Assembly: GCA_973895155.1 (NCBI GenBank)
Contig: OZ316895.1
Location: 24,619,538-24,683,537 of the forward strand
Length of the DNA stretch: 64,000 nt
Source: Marsupella aquatica
Taxonomy: Eukaryota > Plantae > Marchantiophyta
Direction of reading: 5' to 3'
In this document: positions 62,564-64,000 of the stretch, piece after piece
Numbering within the stretch: position 1 is the first letter of the stretch
How the letters are laid out: every line of letters begins with the position of its first letter
Translations under genes and position numbers: made by a program
Notes under the pieces: generated by a model
Told to the model about the DNA's origin: nothing
Database searches by the model: none
Seen by the model: only the letters and a program-made list of their open reading frames with translations

Positions 62564-62750
62564 CAGGCTTTTTCTACAAAATGAATTTTCTCGACTTCCT
62601 CTAACCAAGAATGCTCAGCTCGGTCCATGCAGGCTTTTTCTACAAAATGAATTTTCTCGACTTCCTCTAACCAAGAATGCTCAGCTCGGTCGGTCCAGGC
62701 TTTTTCTACAAAATTAATTTTCTCGACTTCCTGTAACCAAGAATGCTCAG
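62564..62750. repeat. 66-bp tandem repeat x3
   Basis: CAGGCTTTTTCTACAAAATGAATTTTCTCGACTTCCTCTAACCAAGAATGCTCAG at 62564, 62630 and 62696. Confidence 0.9.
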
Positions 62751-64000
62751 TAACGGAAGTCCCCAACTTTCAAAACACATCCAAGGTTTTGCCCCTGACG
62801 TTCCATAAGGACCTTTGAAATCGGATTTCTCCAAAAATCCGAAGTAGAATGACAGGATTGCTGCGGCATTCAAATAAGTGCCTCGAAGTAGAGTATTACT
62901 TCTTCGACCCTCCCTGGCCGATCATACTCAGGGTAGCCAACCCTGTATTTTCCCTACAGCTTAAACTTTAAGAATATAACTTCCAAATTGCCAACCTGTA
63001 GCCCTTTTAGTTCAATGAAAGATTACTTGATTTATACAATTATTAAAATTGAATCAATACGATACAACATCAAATCCACAAACAAACTATAAGATCTCCA
63101 AGAATAGATGAATACACGTCACAACCGACCACTCTAACAAGAAACGGGGATAGGCCATAGCTCCAGCAGGACAAAAGCAGAAATAGTTAAACATCCTCGA
63201 CTCGATCCGAAACCCTAAACACAGGATGCGTGACAGCATAATGAAATGACTCGAGGTATACATATACTTGTATCTTTACGAATTAATGTGTGCTGAGTAA
63301 GCAAGTAATGTTCACCATAAAATGGCGGCCTGCTATGAATCGTCACTGGTCTGATGTATGCTTGCAGAATCCCGATTCGGTGTGGATGACACTTATTCAG
63401 TCCATCACCAGATTCCCTCACTAGAAGGCGTTTCCAAACAGACTACATCGAGGTAGGGAGACAACTGGATATTCTTTTCCCGCCTCAAATCATCTCTACA
63501 GTCAGATGCAAGCTCCAGCTTCATGTGTAAAAATCTGATATGTTGCCTGTCGAGCCCGGTAGTTTGGATTGCATGTAAGAGGCTATGCTACATATTGTAC
63601 GAGGTTTCTTCCTCCTATTGGGCCCATAGGAGAAATTGACCTCAAGAATGCTCGCTGGGTGTACACATCTATGCTAGAAAGCCAAGCTTCTCACCATTCT
63701 TCTTCGCGAGTCTAATTAAACCCTGCCTTTGCTTGGCATCTGCACCAATCGACTTGCAGAACTCGGTTATAACCTGCAAAACAAATCATTGATTCACGTC
63801 TATTAAATTTGATTAATTTCCTTCAATAGATCCACGCAGCATGCGGAGATTGATTCACAGTATCGTGTAAACAATCCCCATCAATCTTGCCTTTCCGCAC
63901 TTAACAGCATCACTATCAAGCATGAAGTGGTAAGATTTAAGACATTCACTGGGACAATTCCCATGTCAACTTTCAAAGGTATGTCCTAAACTCTTTATTT

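Noticed and set aside
62564-62750. Tandem arrays here and at 10463, 54776 and 57558 as CRISPR arrays
   Set aside because: Units are contiguous or too degenerate, with no unique spacers between identical repeats; no cas genes; eukaryotic context.

Overview
Eukaryotic, plant-type DNA (GT-AG introns, plant-type L1 LINE, MULE/hAT-like MITEs, Helitron ends, TTTAGGG teloboxes). A bryophyte or liverwort origin is my inference only. The only convincing intact genes are five dispersed paralogues of a small single-HMA-domain (HPP-type metallochaperone-like) family: 3332-3694 (-), 6330-7341 (+, 4 coding exons reconstructed), 29796-30239 (+), 49113-49841 (+) and 60613-61248 (+). All five have a CCxxC metal loop plus a further Cys in [VI]xCD. 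Four share a short N-terminal [NQ]E[FLM]F[YH] motif, while the linkers are unrelated low-complexity sequence. The divergent pair (copies 1 and 2) has GTAC clusters next to both TATA boxes. Between the genes are: a full-length frameshifted L1 LINE with a 14-bp TSD (18355-25025, -); two inverted copies of a ~1-kb long-TIR MULE-like foldback element (26594-27590, 55217-56210); two small elements with 8-bp TSDs; two Helitron-like 3' ends; and many local tandem duplications. Not visible in the ORF track are a disrupted gene resembling fungal secreted six-bladed beta-propeller proteins (38299-38699, -; candidate HGT relic) and a possible Pif1-like helicase relic (~7560-8300, -). All family assignments come from motif recognition by eye; no database search was run.
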